Origin: Candidatus Aminicenantes bacterium
GTDB taxonomy: Bacteria > Acidobacteriota > Aminicenantia > Aminicenantales > UBA4085
Direction: 5' to 3'
Assembly: GCA_030691735.1 (NCBI GenBank)
Contig: JAUYDS010000117.1
Span: forward strand, 17,280-81,279
Length of the DNA stretch: 64,000 nucleotides
Both the position numbers and the translations under genes were made by a program. Under the pieces are notes generated by a model, which saw only the letters and a program-made list of their open reading frames with translations, was not told where the DNA came from and did not search any database. Shown here one piece after another: positions 9,665 to 20,454 of this stretch; positions within the stretch are counted from its first letter, which is position 1; each line of letters begins with the position of its first letter.

Positions 9665-10415
9665 TAAAATTATTGCGATCGCCAACCAAAAGGGCGGCGT
9701 GGGCAAAACCACGACAGCCATCAATCTGGCCGCCTGCCTTGCCTTGAAAAAAGCGCGAGTTCTATTGGTGGATTTTGATCCCCAAGGCATGGCCACGGCC
9801 GGACTCGGCAAGACAAAGGAAACCAATAAAGGCATCTATCAGGCCATGATGAACGGCCAGGACACCATGGAATTCGTCATCGGAACCGAACTCGACAACT
9901 TGTACCTTTGCCCTTGTTCACCCGAGCTGGCCGGCGCCGAAGTCGAACTCTATTCCAAAGAAAACAGGGAGCGGATGCTTCGCGATGCGCTGGACAAGAT
10001 CCGCCTGAAATTCAATTTCATCATCATCGATTGTCCGCCTTCGCTCGGTTTCTTGACGATCAATGCCCTGTCCGCGGCGGATTCCGTCTTGATCCCTGTC
10101 CAAACCGAGTTCTTTTGCATGGAGGGCATACCCGATCTGTTTCAAACCTTGAACGAGGTCCGCACTTACTTCAATCCGACGCTGAAAATCGAAGGGATCC
10201 TGTTGACGATGTATGACGAGAGAACGAACCTTTCCCGTCAAGTGGCGGAGGAGGTCCGAAAATCGCTTAAAGGGATCATTTATCAGGTCGTCGTCCCCCG
10301 GAGCATCCGGCTCGCGGAAGCTCCCAGCTTCGGCAAGCCGGTCATCCTCTACGATCCGAAATCCAGAGGGGCCGAGGCCTATCTCAATCTGGCTCAGGAG
10401 ATACTCGCGAAATGA
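9657..10415 (+). CDS. parA: Chromosome partitioning ATPase ParA/Soj
   Basis: [39 protein letters not shown]; likely start MANKII at 9657. Confidence 0.96.
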   Translation: MANKIIAIANQKGGVGKTTTAINLAACLALKKARVLLVDFDPQGMATAGLGKTKETNKGIYQAMMNGQDTMEFVIGTELDNLYLCPCSPELAGAEVELYSKENRERMLRDALDKIRLKFNFIIIDCPPSLGFLTINALSAADSVLIPVQTEFFCMEGIPDLFQTLNEVRTYFNPTLKIEGILLTMYDERTNLSRQVAEEVRKSLKGIIYQVVVPRSIRLAEAPSFGKPVILYDPKSRGAEAYLNLAQEILAK

Positions 10416-11257
10416 AAAAGGCGCTAGGAAAAGGAATAAAGGCGTTCATCCCCGAAGAATACGGCATCCTCAAGGATGAGGTCTATGCCGAACTCGATAT
10501 CGATCAAATTCGGCCGAATCCGCTCCAGCCGCGGCTGAAGTTCGAAGAAAAAGCCATCCAGGAACTGGCCCAGTCGATCCGGGAGGCGGGCGTTCTCCAG
10601 CCGATCGTCGTCGTCCGTGATAACGGGCAATATAAAATACTGATCGGGGAGAGACGCTGGAGAGCGGCGCAAAAGGCAGGGCTGAGCAAAGTCCCCGCGC
10701 TCATAAGGAATATTCCCAAGGAACAACAGCTTGAGGTTTCCCTGGTCGAGAACTTACAGCGGGAACAATTGAATCCGGTCGAAATCGCCTTGGGCTACAA
10801 ACGGCTGATCGATGAGCTTGGCTACACTCAAGAAGACGTCGCCGAAAGGGTCGGTAAGGACAGGGCGTCCGTGGCCAATTTTCTGCGGCTTTTAAAATTG
10901 CCGAACGAGATCCTGGACCGCCTTCAAGACGGGGAGCTGTCCATGGGGCATGCCAAGGCGCTGCTCGCCGTCGAAAATCTCAAAACACAGGTCGAGCTGG
11001 CCAATAAGATCAGGCTCAAAGGACTCTCCGTCCGGGAAGCCGAGAGCCTCGTAGCCAGACTCAAGGAAAAACCGGCGCCTCCCAAAAAACGCCGGATCGA
11101 TCCGGACCTCGAAGCTTTGCAGGAAGAGCTTCTCAAAGTCCTGGGAGCCAAGGTCGTCATCTCCGGAAATCCGAAAACCGGGATCATCAAGATTTTTTAT
11201 TTTTCTTTGGACGAACTCAATCGGATCCATGGATTCATCAAAGGAGCGCGCTCATGA
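10412..11257 (+). CDS. parB: Chromosome partitioning protein ParB/Spo0J
   Basis: ALGKG N-terminus, [30 protein letters not shown]. Confidence 0.96.
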   Translation: MKKALGKGIKAFIPEEYGILKDEVYAELDIDQIRPNPLQPRLKFEEKAIQELAQSIREAGVLQPIVVVRDNGQYKILIGERRWRAAQKAGLSKVPALIRNIPKEQQLEVSLVENLQREQLNPVEIALGYKRLIDELGYTQEDVAERVGKDRASVANFLRLLKLPNEILDRLQDGELSMGHAKALLAVENLKTQVELANKIRLKGLSVREAESLVARLKEKPAPPKKRRIDPDLEALQEELLKVLGAKVVISGNPKTGIIKIFYFSLDELNRIHGFIKGARS

Positions 11258-11640
11258 AGGACAAGAAAGTCGATGAAACGAAAATCAGCGGGTTTCTCGA
11301 TGAAGGAACGGAGTTCAGCGGGACGTTGAAATTCGCGGGATCATTCCGGATCGACGGGTTCTATAAAGGCAAGATCGAATCCGGATCCGTTCTGATCATC
11401 GGCAATAAAGGCAAGGTCGAAGCCGAGCTCTTCGTCAACCATGTCGTCATCAACGGAGAATTCATCGGTAACATCAAGGCCGCCGAAAGGGTCGAGATCA
11501 ATAGCCAGGGGCGCGCCACCGGGACGATCATTACGCCGAAGCTGATCGTGGAGGAGGGGGCTTTTCTCGAAGCTCGCTGTCAGACGGCCGGACATATTGC
11601 CGCTTCCGGATCGGAATCTATAGATAAATCGGAACTATGA
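11254..11640 (+). CDS. Bactofilin (polymer-forming cytoskeletal protein)
   Basis: GTEFSGTL...RIDG..KG.I...LIIG..GKVEA...VVING...GNI.A...VEI beta-helix pattern. Confidence 0.88.
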   Translation: MKDKKVDETKISGFLDEGTEFSGTLKFAGSFRIDGFYKGKIESGSVLIIGNKGKVEAELFVNHVVINGEFIGNIKAAERVEINSQGRATGTIITPKLIVEEGAFLEARCQTAGHIAASGSESIDKSEL

Positions 11641-12368
11641 CTTTGGAAAAAGCCGCCGGAATCATTCCTGCCCGCTATGGGGCGACCCGCTTCCCGGGGA
11701 AACCGCTGGCCTCGATCCTCGGCAAGCCCATGATCCAGTGGGTCTATGAGGGCGCAAAGAAGTCTAAGTTGTTGAAAAGAATAATAATAGCAACTGATGA
11801 TCAAAGGATCGTCAAGGCCGCGGATGAATTCGGGGCCGAGGCCGTCATGACCTCGACCGATCACGAGTCGGGAACGGAACGCGTCGCCGAAGCGGCCGCC
11901 CAGGTAGAGGCCGAGATCATCGTCAATATCCAGGGCGACGAACCGCTCGTGGGCGGGGAGATGCTCGACGCGCTCGTCATCGCCCTTGACGATCCGTCGA
12001 TCTCCATGGCCACCTTGATGGCCAAAGTGACCGACATGGCTTTGCTTCAGGACAGTCATGTCGTCAAGGTCGTCACCGACAAGAACGGCTTCGCCCTCTA
12101 TTTTTCCCGGTCACCTCTCCCCTATCAGGCTCCGGACCATTTCTTCCAGCACATCGGCATCTACGGCTACCGCAAGGATTTTTTGATGAATTTCCACCGC
12201 CTTCCCGTGTCGAGGCTCGAACGGATCGAAAAGCTCGAACAGCTTCGCGTCCTGGAGAACGGAATGCCGATCCAGATGATCGAGATCCCGCGGCCCACCT
12301 TGAGCGTGGATACGCCGCAGGATATAATCAAGGTCGAGAAATTGCTGAGTGTGAGGACCCATGAGTAA
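11637..12368 (+). CDS. kdsB: CMP-Kdo synthetase (3-deoxy-manno-octulosonate cytidylyltransferase)
   Basis: IIPARYGATRFPGKPL, SGTERV, NIQGDEP, EKLEQLR. Confidence 0.96.
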   Translation: MTLEKAAGIIPARYGATRFPGKPLASILGKPMIQWVYEGAKKSKLLKRIIIATDDQRIVKAADEFGAEAVMTSTDHESGTERVAEAAAQVEAEIIVNIQGDEPLVGGEMLDALVIALDDPSISMATLMAKVTDMALLQDSHVVKVVTDKNGFALYFSRSPLPYQAPDHFFQHIGIYGYRKDFLMNFHRLPVSRLERIEKLEQLRVLENGMPIQMIEIPRPTLSVDTPQDIIKVEKLLSVRTHE

Positions 12369-13971
12369 GTATATCTTCGTCACCGGAGGCGTGCTGTCGG
12401 GTCTCGGCAAGGGGATCGCCGCGGCGTCGATCGGCCGGCTTCTTGAAAGCCACGGCTTTAAGATCACGCTCCAAAAGTTCGATCCTTATCTCAACGTCGA
12501 CCCCGGGACGATGAATCCGTTCCAACACGGCGAAGTCTACGTCACGGACGACGGCGCGGAGACGGACCTCGATCTCGGCCATTATGAGCGGTTTACATCG
12601 ACGCGGACGACGAAATACCACAATTGGACGGCCGGCAAGATCTATGACCTGATCATCCGGAAGGAGCGGCGCGGCGAATACCTGGGCAAGACGGTCCAGG
12701 TCATCCCCCACGTGACGGACGAGATCAAGAACGCTTTCCGCGCCGTCACCAGCGACAACGACATCATCATCGTCGAGATCGGGGGGACGGTCGGTGACAT
12801 CGAAAGCCTTCCCTTTCTCGAAGCGACCCGCCAGATGCGGTTGACGCTCGGCCCGGAGAACGTTGTCTTCGTCCACCTGACGCTTGTCCCCTACATCGGC
12901 ACATCGGGTGAGCTCAAAACAAAGCCCACCCAGCATACCGTGAAAGAGCTGCGGGCCATCGGGATCCAGCCCGATATCCTGCTCTGCCGTACGGACCGCT
13001 TCCTGACCCAGGATCTGAAAACGAAGATCGCTCTTTTCACCAACGTTCCCGAGGAGGCCGTCATCACGGCCAAGGACGTGGCCAATATCTACGAGGTCCC
13101 GCTGATCTTCGCCCGGGAACGACTGGACGCGATCATTCTCAAACAGTTGAGGCTGGAATCCAGAAAACAGAACCTCGGGCAATGGAAATCCCTGGTGAAC
13201 AGGATGCGGCATCCCAAGGACGATGTGGATATCGCCCTGGTCGGAAAATACGCCGGCTTCAAGGATTCCTATCTGAGCCTGAAACAGGCTCTCGACCACG
13301 GCGGCCTGGCCAACCGGGTCAAGGTGAACATCTCCTGGATTGAAGCCGAGGACCTCGAGAAAGGGAAGATCGAAAAAGTCCTGCGGGACAAGGACGGCAT
13401 TCTCGTCCCCGGAGGATTCGGCCATCGCGGCATCGAAGGAAAGATCCGGGCGGTCACCTTCGCCCGGGAACATAAGGTCCCGTTCTTCGGCATCTGCCTC
13501 GGGATGCAGTGCGCGACCATCGAGTTCGCCCGCAACGTGGCCGGCCTGGACGGCGCGAACAGCACGGAATTCGACGAGGACGCGCCCCACAAGATCTTTT
13601 TCAAGTGGCGGGAGATCAAAGGCATCCAGGACCTGGGGGGGACGATGCGGCTGGGACAGTACCTGTGCCGCATGGAGAAGAATTCGTTCGCCTTTAAGGC
13701 CTACCGGACCGCCGAGATCTACGAGCGTCACCGGCATCGGTTCGAGTTCAATCCCGAGTATGAAAAACCGCTGGCGGAAGCGGGCCTGTTCATCTCGGGG
13801 AAGAACCCGGATTATGGATTGGTCGAACTCGTCGAATTGAAGTCTCATCCCTGGTTCTTAGGCTGTCAATTCCATCCCGAGTTCAAATCCAAACCTTTGA
13901 AACCGCATCCTTTGTTCAAAGCCTTCATCGGAGCCAGCCATGCGCACCGACTTAAAAGACATAAAAATTAG
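12361..13971 (+). CDS. pyrG: CTP synthase
   Basis: [35 protein letters not shown]. Confidence 0.98.
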   Translation: MSKYIFVTGGVLSGLGKGIAAASIGRLLESHGFKITLQKFDPYLNVDPGTMNPFQHGEVYVTDDGAETDLDLGHYERFTSTRTTKYHNWTAGKIYDLIIRKERRGEYLGKTVQVIPHVTDEIKNAFRAVTSDNDIIIVEIGGTVGDIESLPFLEATRQMRLTLGPENVVFVHLTLVPYIGTSGELKTKPTQHTVKELRAIGIQPDILLCRTDRFLTQDLKTKIALFTNVPEEAVITAKDVANIYEVPLIFARERLDAIILKQLRLESRKQNLGQWKSLVNRMRHPKDDVDIALVGKYAGFKDSYLSLKQALDHGGLANRVKVNISWIEAEDLEKGKIEKVLRDKDGILVPGGFGHRGIEGKIRAVTFAREHKVPFFGICLGMQCATIEFARNVAGLDGANSTEFDEDAPHKIFFKWREIKGIQDLGGTMRLGQYLCRMEKNSFAFKAYRTAEIYERHRHRFEFNPEYEKPLAEAGLFISGKNPDYGLVELVELKSHPWFLGCQFHPEFKSKPLKPHPLFKAFIGASHAHRLKRHKN

Positions 13972-14767
13972 CCCCGGCGTCAGGATCGGCCGGCCCGGGA
14001 CGTTTTTCCTGATCGCGGGCCCGTGCGTCATCGAAAGCCGCGACCGCACCCTCCGTCTGGCCCGGCGCCTCAAATCGATCTCGGCTGAACTCAAGGTCCC
14101 TTTTATTTTCAAAGCGTCTTTCGACAAGGCCAACCGGTCGTCGATCCGTTCGTTCCGGGGCCCGGGGCTCGACAAAGGTCTCGAGATCCTGGCCGAGGTC
14201 AAGGCCGAGCTGGATGTTCCCGTCCTGTCCGACGTCCACGAAACGGCCCAAGTCGAAAGGGCCGCCGAGGTCCTCGATGTGATCCAGATCCCGGCTTTCC
14301 TCTGCCGGCAGACCGACCTCCTCTTGGCCGCGGCGAGAACGCAAAAGCCGGTCAATGTCAAAAAAGGACAATTCCTCTCGCCCTACGACATGAAGAACGC
14401 CGTCGAGAAGATCGAGAGCCAGGGGAATAGGAAGATCATCCTGACCGAACGCGGCACGATGTTCGGATACAACAACCTCGTCGTCGACATCCGCTCCATC
14501 CCCATCATGAAGAGATGGGGGTATCCCGTCGTCATCGATGCTTCGCACAGCGTCCAGAAGCCCGGGGGCCGCGGGACGTCGTCGGGCGGCGACCGGGAGT
14601 TCATTCCTACCATCGCCCGGGCCGCGACGAGCGCCGGCGCCGACGGCGTGTTTCTCGAGGTGTACGACGATCCCAAAGCGGCCTTGTCGGACAAGGAGAA
14701 CGCCCTTGACATCAAGGACCTGAAGGAACTTCTGGCAATATTGCTTCGCCTGAAGAAAGTCGTTTAA
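13940..14767 (+). CDS. kdsA: Kdo-8-phosphate synthase
   Basis: IAGPCVIES, FKASFDKANRSS, QIPAFLCRQT, VKKGQF. Confidence 0.96.
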   Translation: MRTDLKDIKISPGVRIGRPGTFFLIAGPCVIESRDRTLRLARRLKSISAELKVPFIFKASFDKANRSSIRSFRGPGLDKGLEILAEVKAELDVPVLSDVHETAQVERAAEVLDVIQIPAFLCRQTDLLLAAARTQKPVNVKKGQFLSPYDMKNAVEKIESQGNRKIILTERGTMFGYNNLVVDIRSIPIMKRWGYPVVIDASHSVQKPGGRGTSSGGDREFIPTIARAATSAGADGVFLEVYDDPKAALSDKENALDIKDLKELLAILLRLKKVV

Positions 14768-14771
14768 AGGA

Positions 14772-15746
14772 ATGCGCATGACGAAGAAAGAGGTCATCCG
14801 AACGGGGCGCGAAGTTCTCGAGATCGAGGCCCGTGCCGTCGAGGCTTTGAGCTCGCGTCTGAACGACAGCTTCGCTCGGGCCGTGGACCTCCTCTACAAG
14901 ACGAAGTCCCGCATCATCGTCCTCGGCATGGGCAAGTCCGGTCTGGTCGGCCGCAAGATCGCGGCGACGCTGGCCAGCTGCGGGACGCCGGCGATGTTCG
15001 TCCATCCGGCCGAGGCCGGCCACGGCGATCTCGGCATGATCCTGAAGGGCGACGTCGTCATCGCCGTCTCGTACAGCGGCGAGACACGGGAGATCATCGA
15101 TCTCCTGGATTTCATCAAGCGGATCGGCATCAAGCTCATCTGCATCACGGGCTGCCGGAACTCGAAGATCGCCAAGTACAGCGATATCGTCCTGGACGCA
15201 AGGGTCGAGAAGGAAGCCGAGCCGAGCGGGCTCGTCCCGACGGCCAGCTCCACGGCCTCCCTCGCTCTCGGGGACGCCCTGGCCGTCGCCTTGATGAAAA
15301 AAAAAGGCTTCAGCGAGAAGGAATTCGCCTTCGTTCATCCCAAAGGGGCGATCGGAAAGAAACTTCTCCGCGTCGAACGGCTCATGCATCGGGGGAAAGA
15401 CATCCCGGCGATCGGACCGGGGACGCCGATGAGCGAGGCGATCGAGGAGATGACGCGGAAAAGGCTGGGTCTGACCTGCGTCGTCGAGGGCGGCGTCCTA
15501 GTCGGCATCATCACCGACGGCGATCTGCGCCGGATGATCAAGAAATACAGGGAGACGCTGCTCCAGAAAACGGCCCGGGACTGCATGACGGCCGATCCGG
15601 TCACGATCGACAAGACCGACCTGGCCACCGAAGCCCTCCATCTCATGGAGCAAAAGAAGATCACCTCGCTCGTCGTCAAGAACAAGGCCGGCCGGATCGA
15701 GGGCATCATTCACCTCCATGACCTGTGGCGGACGGAGATGTTCTGA
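14772..15746 (+). CDS. kdsD: Arabinose-5-phosphate isomerase (KpsF/GutQ family, SIS + CBS)
   Basis: GMGKSG, HPAEAGHGDLG, PTASST, C-terminal CBS pair; kds context. Confidence 0.93.
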   Translation: MRMTKKEVIRTGREVLEIEARAVEALSSRLNDSFARAVDLLYKTKSRIIVLGMGKSGLVGRKIAATLASCGTPAMFVHPAEAGHGDLGMILKGDVVIAVSYSGETREIIDLLDFIKRIGIKLICITGCRNSKIAKYSDIVLDARVEKEAEPSGLVPTASSTASLALGDALAVALMKKKGFSEKEFAFVHPKGAIGKKLLRVERLMHRGKDIPAIGPGTPMSEAIEEMTRKRLGLTCVVEGGVLVGIITDGDLRRMIKKYRETLLQKTARDCMTADPVTIDKTDLATEALHLMEQKKITSLVVKNKAGRIEGIIHLHDLWRTEMF

Positions 15747-15805
15747 TGGCGGCGAAAGCGCGCGCCCGCCGGATCAAGATGGTCCTGTTTGATCGGAAGA
15801 TATAG
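15746..15805 (+). pseudogene. kdsC: N-terminal remnant of Kdo-8-phosphate phosphatase (KdsC, HAD family)
   Basis: ATG overlaps the kdsD stop (TGATG); MAAKARARRIKMVLFD-RKI* resembles a KdsC N-terminus up to the first Asp of DxDG, then stops; expected syntenic slot. Confidence 0.65.
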
Positions 15806-15825
15806 AAAGGACGGGGAGGAGAGGC

Positions 15826-17196
15826 ATGGACATCAATCCGAACATCTTTCGAGAATACGACATCCGGGGACTCGTCGACAAGGACCTGACGCCGGCCGTC
15901 GTCGAGACGCTGGGGAAGGGGATGGGGGCCTATTTCCGGCGGCAGGGAAAGCGGCAGGTAGCGGTCGGACGCGACTGCCGCCTGAGCTCGCCGTCCTACG
16001 CCCAGGCTTTGATGAAGGGCCTCCGCTCCGTCGGCTGTGACGGCGTGGATCTGGGTACGATCCCGACCCCCCTGCTCTATTTCGCCATCTATTACAAGGC
16101 CATGGAAGCCGGCGTCATGATCACCGGCTCGCACAATCCGCCCGAATACAACGGGTTCAAAATGATGTCGGGCCACGACACTCTTTACGGGGATACGATC
16201 CAGGAGGTCTTCCGCCTCATCAGGACGAACGAGATCATCGCCGCCAAGGAGGGGACGCAGAGCGCGTATGACATCGTCCCGGAATACATGGATTACGTCG
16301 TCGACAACATCAAGCTCCGGAAGAAGCTCAAGATCGTGATCGACGCCGGCAACGGGACGGGCGGAATGGTGGCCGTGCCCATTTTCAAGAGGTTGGGCTG
16401 CGACGTCGTCGAGCTCTACTGTGAGATGGACGGCCGCTTCCCCAATCATCATCCCGACCCGACCCTGCCGGAGGCCATGCGGGACCTGATCAAAAAGGTG
16501 AGCGAAACGAAGGCCGATTTCGGCATCGCCTACGACGGGGACGCCGACCGGATCGGCGTCGTCGACGACGAAGGCCACTTGATCTGGGGCGACCAGCTCC
16601 TCATCTTTTTTTCGCGCGACATCCTGAAGACGCATCCCGGCGCGGCGATCATCTCCGAGGTCAAGGCGACCAAAATCCTTTATGATGAGATCGCCAAACT
16701 CGGAGGGAAACCCATCATGTGGAAGACGGGCCATTCGCTCATCAAGAAGAAGATCAAAGAGGAAAAGGCCGTCCTCGCCGGCGAGATGAGCGGGCATATT
16801 TTCTTCGCCGACCGCTTCTTCGGTTTCGATGATGCTATCTATTCGTCGGCGCGGCTCGTCGAGCTCATGTCCCGATCGGACCGGAAGCTTTCGGAGATGC
16901 GGGCCGGCCTGCCCAAGACCTACAGCACCCCGGAGATCCGCGTCTACGCCTCGGAGGAGGTCAAGTTCAAGATTGTCGCGGAGGTCAGGAACGAGCTGGC
17001 GAAAAAGGTCCCGGTCATCGACATCGACGGCGTGCGGGCCATTTATCCGAAGGGCTGGGGGCTCGTCCGCGCCTCGAACACGCAGGCCGTTCTGGTCCTG
17101 CGCTTCGAAGCGGAGACCGAGGCGGACCTCGAGGCCATCCAGAAAGAAATGAAAGGAGCCGTGGAGCGGGCCATCCAAAAGCTGGAACAGGCATGA
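15826..17196 (+). CDS. Phosphomannomutase/phosphoglucomutase
   Basis: IFREYDIRG, MITGSHNP, DGDADR, GEMSGH, VRASNT. Confidence 0.95.
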   Translation: MDINPNIFREYDIRGLVDKDLTPAVVETLGKGMGAYFRRQGKRQVAVGRDCRLSSPSYAQALMKGLRSVGCDGVDLGTIPTPLLYFAIYYKAMEAGVMITGSHNPPEYNGFKMMSGHDTLYGDTIQEVFRLIRTNEIIAAKEGTQSAYDIVPEYMDYVVDNIKLRKKLKIVIDAGNGTGGMVAVPIFKRLGCDVVELYCEMDGRFPNHHPDPTLPEAMRDLIKKVSETKADFGIAYDGDADRIGVVDDEGHLIWGDQLLIFFSRDILKTHPGAAIISEVKATKILYDEIAKLGGKPIMWKTGHSLIKKKIKEEKAVLAGEMSGHIFFADRFFGFDDAIYSSARLVELMSRSDRKLSEMRAGLPKTYSTPEIRVYASEEVKFKIVAEVRNELAKKVPVIDIDGVRAIYPKGWGLVRASNTQAVLVLRFEAETEADLEAIQKEMKGAVERAIQKLEQA

Positions 17197-18281
17197 CGAA
17201 GAAGTCCGACATCCACGCGGTCATCATGGCCGGCGGCAGCGGCACGCGGTTCTGGCCGCTCAGCCGGCGCAGGACGCCGAAACAGTTCCTGCCGATGGTC
17301 AGCGACAGGACGATGGTCGAAGAGACCGCCCGTCGGATCCGACCTCTCGTCCCGAACGAGAGGATCTACACGATCGCCAACGGTGCCCAGACGAGGATCC
17401 TCCGCCGGCTTCTGCCCGGCGTTCCGGCGCGGAATCTTCTGGCCGAGCCGAAGGGCAAGAACACGGCGCCGTCCCTCATCCTGGCCACGGCCTGGGTCTA
17501 CCTGAAAAACCAAGAGGGGGTCGTGGTCGTCCTTCCTTCCGACCACCTGATCACGGACAACGCCGCTTTTTTGAAGAAGATCGAGGCCGCCGCTGCCGCG
17601 GCCCGCGGCGAAGACGCTTTGATCACGTTCGGCATTCCGCCGACGTTCCCTTCGACGGGATTTGGCTACATCCATTACCGGAAGGGGGGCGCCCGGATGT
17701 ACGCCGGGGAACCGTTTTTCGGGGTCAAAGCGTTCAAGGAAAAACCGTCCCAGGAGATCGCCCGGAGTTTTTTCCGGTCGGGCGATTATTTCTGGAACTC
17801 CGGCATGTTCATCTGGAGGGCGAGCGTCTTTGCCCGGAAGATGGAGAGGTTCGCCCCGGACTTTTTTCCGTACTGGCGGCGCATGCTGGAAGCGCTCAAG
17901 GCGGGATCGCGGGCCAGGTTGGCCGCCGTTTTCGAGGATATCCCGGCCCTATCCATCGATTATGCCCTAATGGAGAAGGCGGGGGGGGTTCTGGTCAGCG
18001 AAGGGAATTTCGGCTGGTCTGATGTCGGCGCCTGGTCGGCGCTTGCCGAGATATGGGCAAGGGACGGTGCGGGCAACGCCGTCAAGGGGGATTCCGTGGT
18101 TCTGGATTCCCGGAACGTTCTTTGCTATAACCCCGGGAAGCTCACAGTATTGGTCGGCCTACAGGACCTCGTTATCGTCGACACCAAGGATGCCCTCTTG
18201 GTTTGTCGAATGGACCTGGATCAAAAGGTCAAGGAGGTTCTTGAGATCCTGAAGAAAAAAGGAAAAAAAGAATATCTTTAG
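17193..18281 (+). CDS. manC: Mannose-1-phosphate guanylyltransferase
   Basis: IMAGGSGTRFWPLSR..PKQF, EP.GKNTAP, FKEKP, WNSGMF, SIDYALME, WSDVG. Confidence 0.92.
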   Translation: MTKKSDIHAVIMAGGSGTRFWPLSRRRTPKQFLPMVSDRTMVEETARRIRPLVPNERIYTIANGAQTRILRRLLPGVPARNLLAEPKGKNTAPSLILATAWVYLKNQEGVVVVLPSDHLITDNAAFLKKIEAAAAAARGEDALITFGIPPTFPSTGFGYIHYRKGGARMYAGEPFFGVKAFKEKPSQEIARSFFRSGDYFWNSGMFIWRASVFARKMERFAPDFFPYWRRMLEALKAGSRARLAAVFEDIPALSIDYALMEKAGGVLVSEGNFGWSDVGAWSALAEIWARDGAGNAVKGDSVVLDSRNVLCYNPGKLTVLVGLQDLVIVDTKDALLVCRMDLDQKVKEVLEILKKKGKKEYL

Positions 18282-18334
18282 GGTTTTGTTCTTTTTATAG
18301 AGGCTTTTCAGGCGCAAATAGGAAACGGCGCTGA

Positions 18335-18420
18335 GACCTCGGCCATGAATTGAGCGGCCAGGACCCCAGCTCGACAAGGCGATCGAGAAGGCACTGGAGC
18401 TCGTCGGCCGGAAAAGATGA
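18335..18420 (+). pseudogene. Possible C-terminal remnant of a tricorn/S41 peptidase
   Basis: ELSGQDP then, after a 1-nt shift, QLDKAIEKALELVGRKR*; resembles the S41 tail G.DPQL..AI; no upstream ORF. Confidence 0.4.
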
Positions 18421-18510
18421 TGGACCCGAAGACGACCGCCGCATGGGGCGGGTCAGGCGGAGAGAGCGCCGATATGGTTTTTAAGGTTCACAGGAGAAGG
18501 AGCCGAAGCG

Positions 18511-20445
18511 ATGCGCACGCTCGATAAGAAAAGATCATGGATCGTCCTGTTTCTATCGGTCGTTCTCGGTCCATCCGCCCTTTCCGCGTCCCTTCCGCCG
18601 TCGGACAAGTGGTTCCTCATCACCATCGGCGGTCAGCCGGTCGGATATATCCATGATGTCTTGTCCCGGGACGTCCGGGCGGGGGGAGAGGTCCTGGTCT
18701 CCAATTCCGAGATGAAGATGACCCTCAACCGGCTGGGGACCAAGGTCGAGCTCCGCTTCGTCACGGGATTCGAAGAGACCGCCGCCGGCCTCCTGACGAA
18801 GATCAGATATGAGATGCTCGCTTCGGCCACGGCCACGAAGACCGAGGCCCTCGTCAAGGACAACTCCATCGAATTCCGCTCGGAATCCGGCGGCAAAAGC
18901 TACACCCGGACGATCCCATACCTCGGGACGCTTGTCGGGCAGGAAGGGATCCGCCTGGCCTCCCTGAAAGCGCTCAAAAAGCCCGGAGATGCCGTCGAGT
19001 TTCTGACCTTCATGCCGGAGCTCGAAGCCGTGAGCAAGGGGAGCCGGAAAGTCCTCGGCGAGGAGACCCTCCGGCTGGCCGGACATGACCTGCGGACGCT
19101 CAAGGTCGAGGAGCTCATCGAAGCGGCCGCGGTCAAGAGCACGGCCTGGCTCAACGCCGATCACGAGGTGGTCAAACAGGAGATGGCCACGCCGTTCGGA
19201 CCGGGAGTTTTCGTCCTTTCGGACCGGACCACGGCGCTCGCGGCCGCTTCGGGTTCGGAACTCCCGGCCGAAATGTTCGAACGGTCGATCATCCGCTCGA
19301 ACATCCGCCTGCCCATGGCCCGGACGCTGCGATACCTCAAGGTCAAACTGATCCACAAGAATCCCGACCTCGGCTGGCCCGAGATCGGAAGCCCCTGCCA
19401 GACTGTCGTTTCCAAGGATCGCGAAACGCTCGTCCTCGAGATCAAAAGGCCCGCTCTCCCGAAACCGGTATCATTTCCAGTGGCCGCGACCGACAAGAAC
19501 CGCGAGTTCTTAGAGCCCAACGCCTATATCCAGTCGGACGAATCGCGTCTCCGGGATCTTGTCCGCGGTCTGATCGCCGGTGAAAAAGACCTTTTTCAGG
19601 CGGTTCTAAAGCTCGAGCGCTGGGTTTCAGACAACATGACCTTCGACCTCGGCATCGCCCTCGCTCCGTCTGCGGAGATCTTGCAGAACCGGCGCGGCAC
19701 TTGCGTAGGATATGCCACGCTCCTGGCCGCCATGGCCCGGGCGGCGGGGATCCCGTCGCGCGTCGTCATGGGCTATGTCTATGCCCTCGGCATGTTCGGC
19801 GGGCATGCCTGGACCGAAGTCCAGGTGGGGGACACCTGGATCCCCATGGACGCGGCGATCGTCGCGCCGGCCCAGGCCGACGCGGCCCGGCTCGGCTTCA
19901 ACGCCGTTTCGATGCATGAGGGGGCGGGTTCGCTCAGCGGCGGTGCCGGCCAGCAGCTCTTCGGGCAGGTCGATATCAGGATCCTCGAGTACGCGGGCGC
20001 GGACGGGAAAAAGATCAGCGTGCCCGAGGGCGCGGCGCCCTACCGGACCACGGGAGATCTCTATGAGAATCCCTGGCTGGGCCTGACCTTCAAGAAGCCC
20101 TCGGCTTTTACGTTCACCAAGCTCGACTCCGTCTGGCCCGATCCGGTCCTTGTCGCCCTCAGCGGCCCGGACGGGGCGAAAGGCGAGCTTTTGCAATCCT
20201 CTCTATTGCCCTGGAAGGAATATGACCTGACCGCGAGCGAGCTCATCCGCCGGCTGAACATCGGAGCCCGGACGGAGATCGGCCGATGGAACGGCCGGCC
20301 CATGTTCTCGGCCGCCGCCCCGGAAAAGGCGGTCATGATCATCGTCGATAAGCCCGAGGTTTGGGTTCTGTTCACCGAGGGGAAGGCCGCGCCGAAGCTC
20401 CTGGATGAGCTGGCGGCCGGACTGAAGCTGGATCAAAAGAAATAG
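18511..20445 (+). CDS. Secreted transglutaminase-like (TGc) cysteine protease domain protein
   Basis: Signal peptide; G.C.GYA.L.AA.ARA.GIPSR, HAWTEV, W...DA give a Cys-His-Asp triad; AAGGAG SD. Confidence 0.88.
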   Translation: MRTLDKKRSWIVLFLSVVLGPSALSASLPPSDKWFLITIGGQPVGYIHDVLSRDVRAGGEVLVSNSEMKMTLNRLGTKVELRFVTGFEETAAGLLTKIRYEMLASATATKTEALVKDNSIEFRSESGGKSYTRTIPYLGTLVGQEGIRLASLKALKKPGDAVEFLTFMPELEAVSKGSRKVLGEETLRLAGHDLRTLKVEELIEAAAVKSTAWLNADHEVVKQEMATPFGPGVFVLSDRTTALAAASGSELPAEMFERSIIRSNIRLPMARTLRYLKVKLIHKNPDLGWPEIGSPCQTVVSKDRETLVLEIKRPALPKPVSFPVAATDKNREFLEPNAYIQSDESRLRDLVRGLIAGEKDLFQAVLKLERWVSDNMTFDLGIALAPSAEILQNRRGTCVGYATLLAAMARAAGIPSRVVMGYVYALGMFGGHAWTEVQVGDTWIPMDAAIVAPAQADAARLGFNAVSMHEGAGSLSGGAGQQLFGQVDIRILEYAGADGKKISVPEGAAPYRTTGDLYENPWLGLTFKKPSAFTFTKLDSVWPDPVLVALSGPDGAKGELLQSSLLPWKEYDLTASELIRRLNIGARTEIGRWNGRPMFSAAAPEKAVMIIVDKPEVWVLFTEGKAAPKLLDELAAGLKLDQKK

Positions 20446-20454
20446 CTTCGTTTA

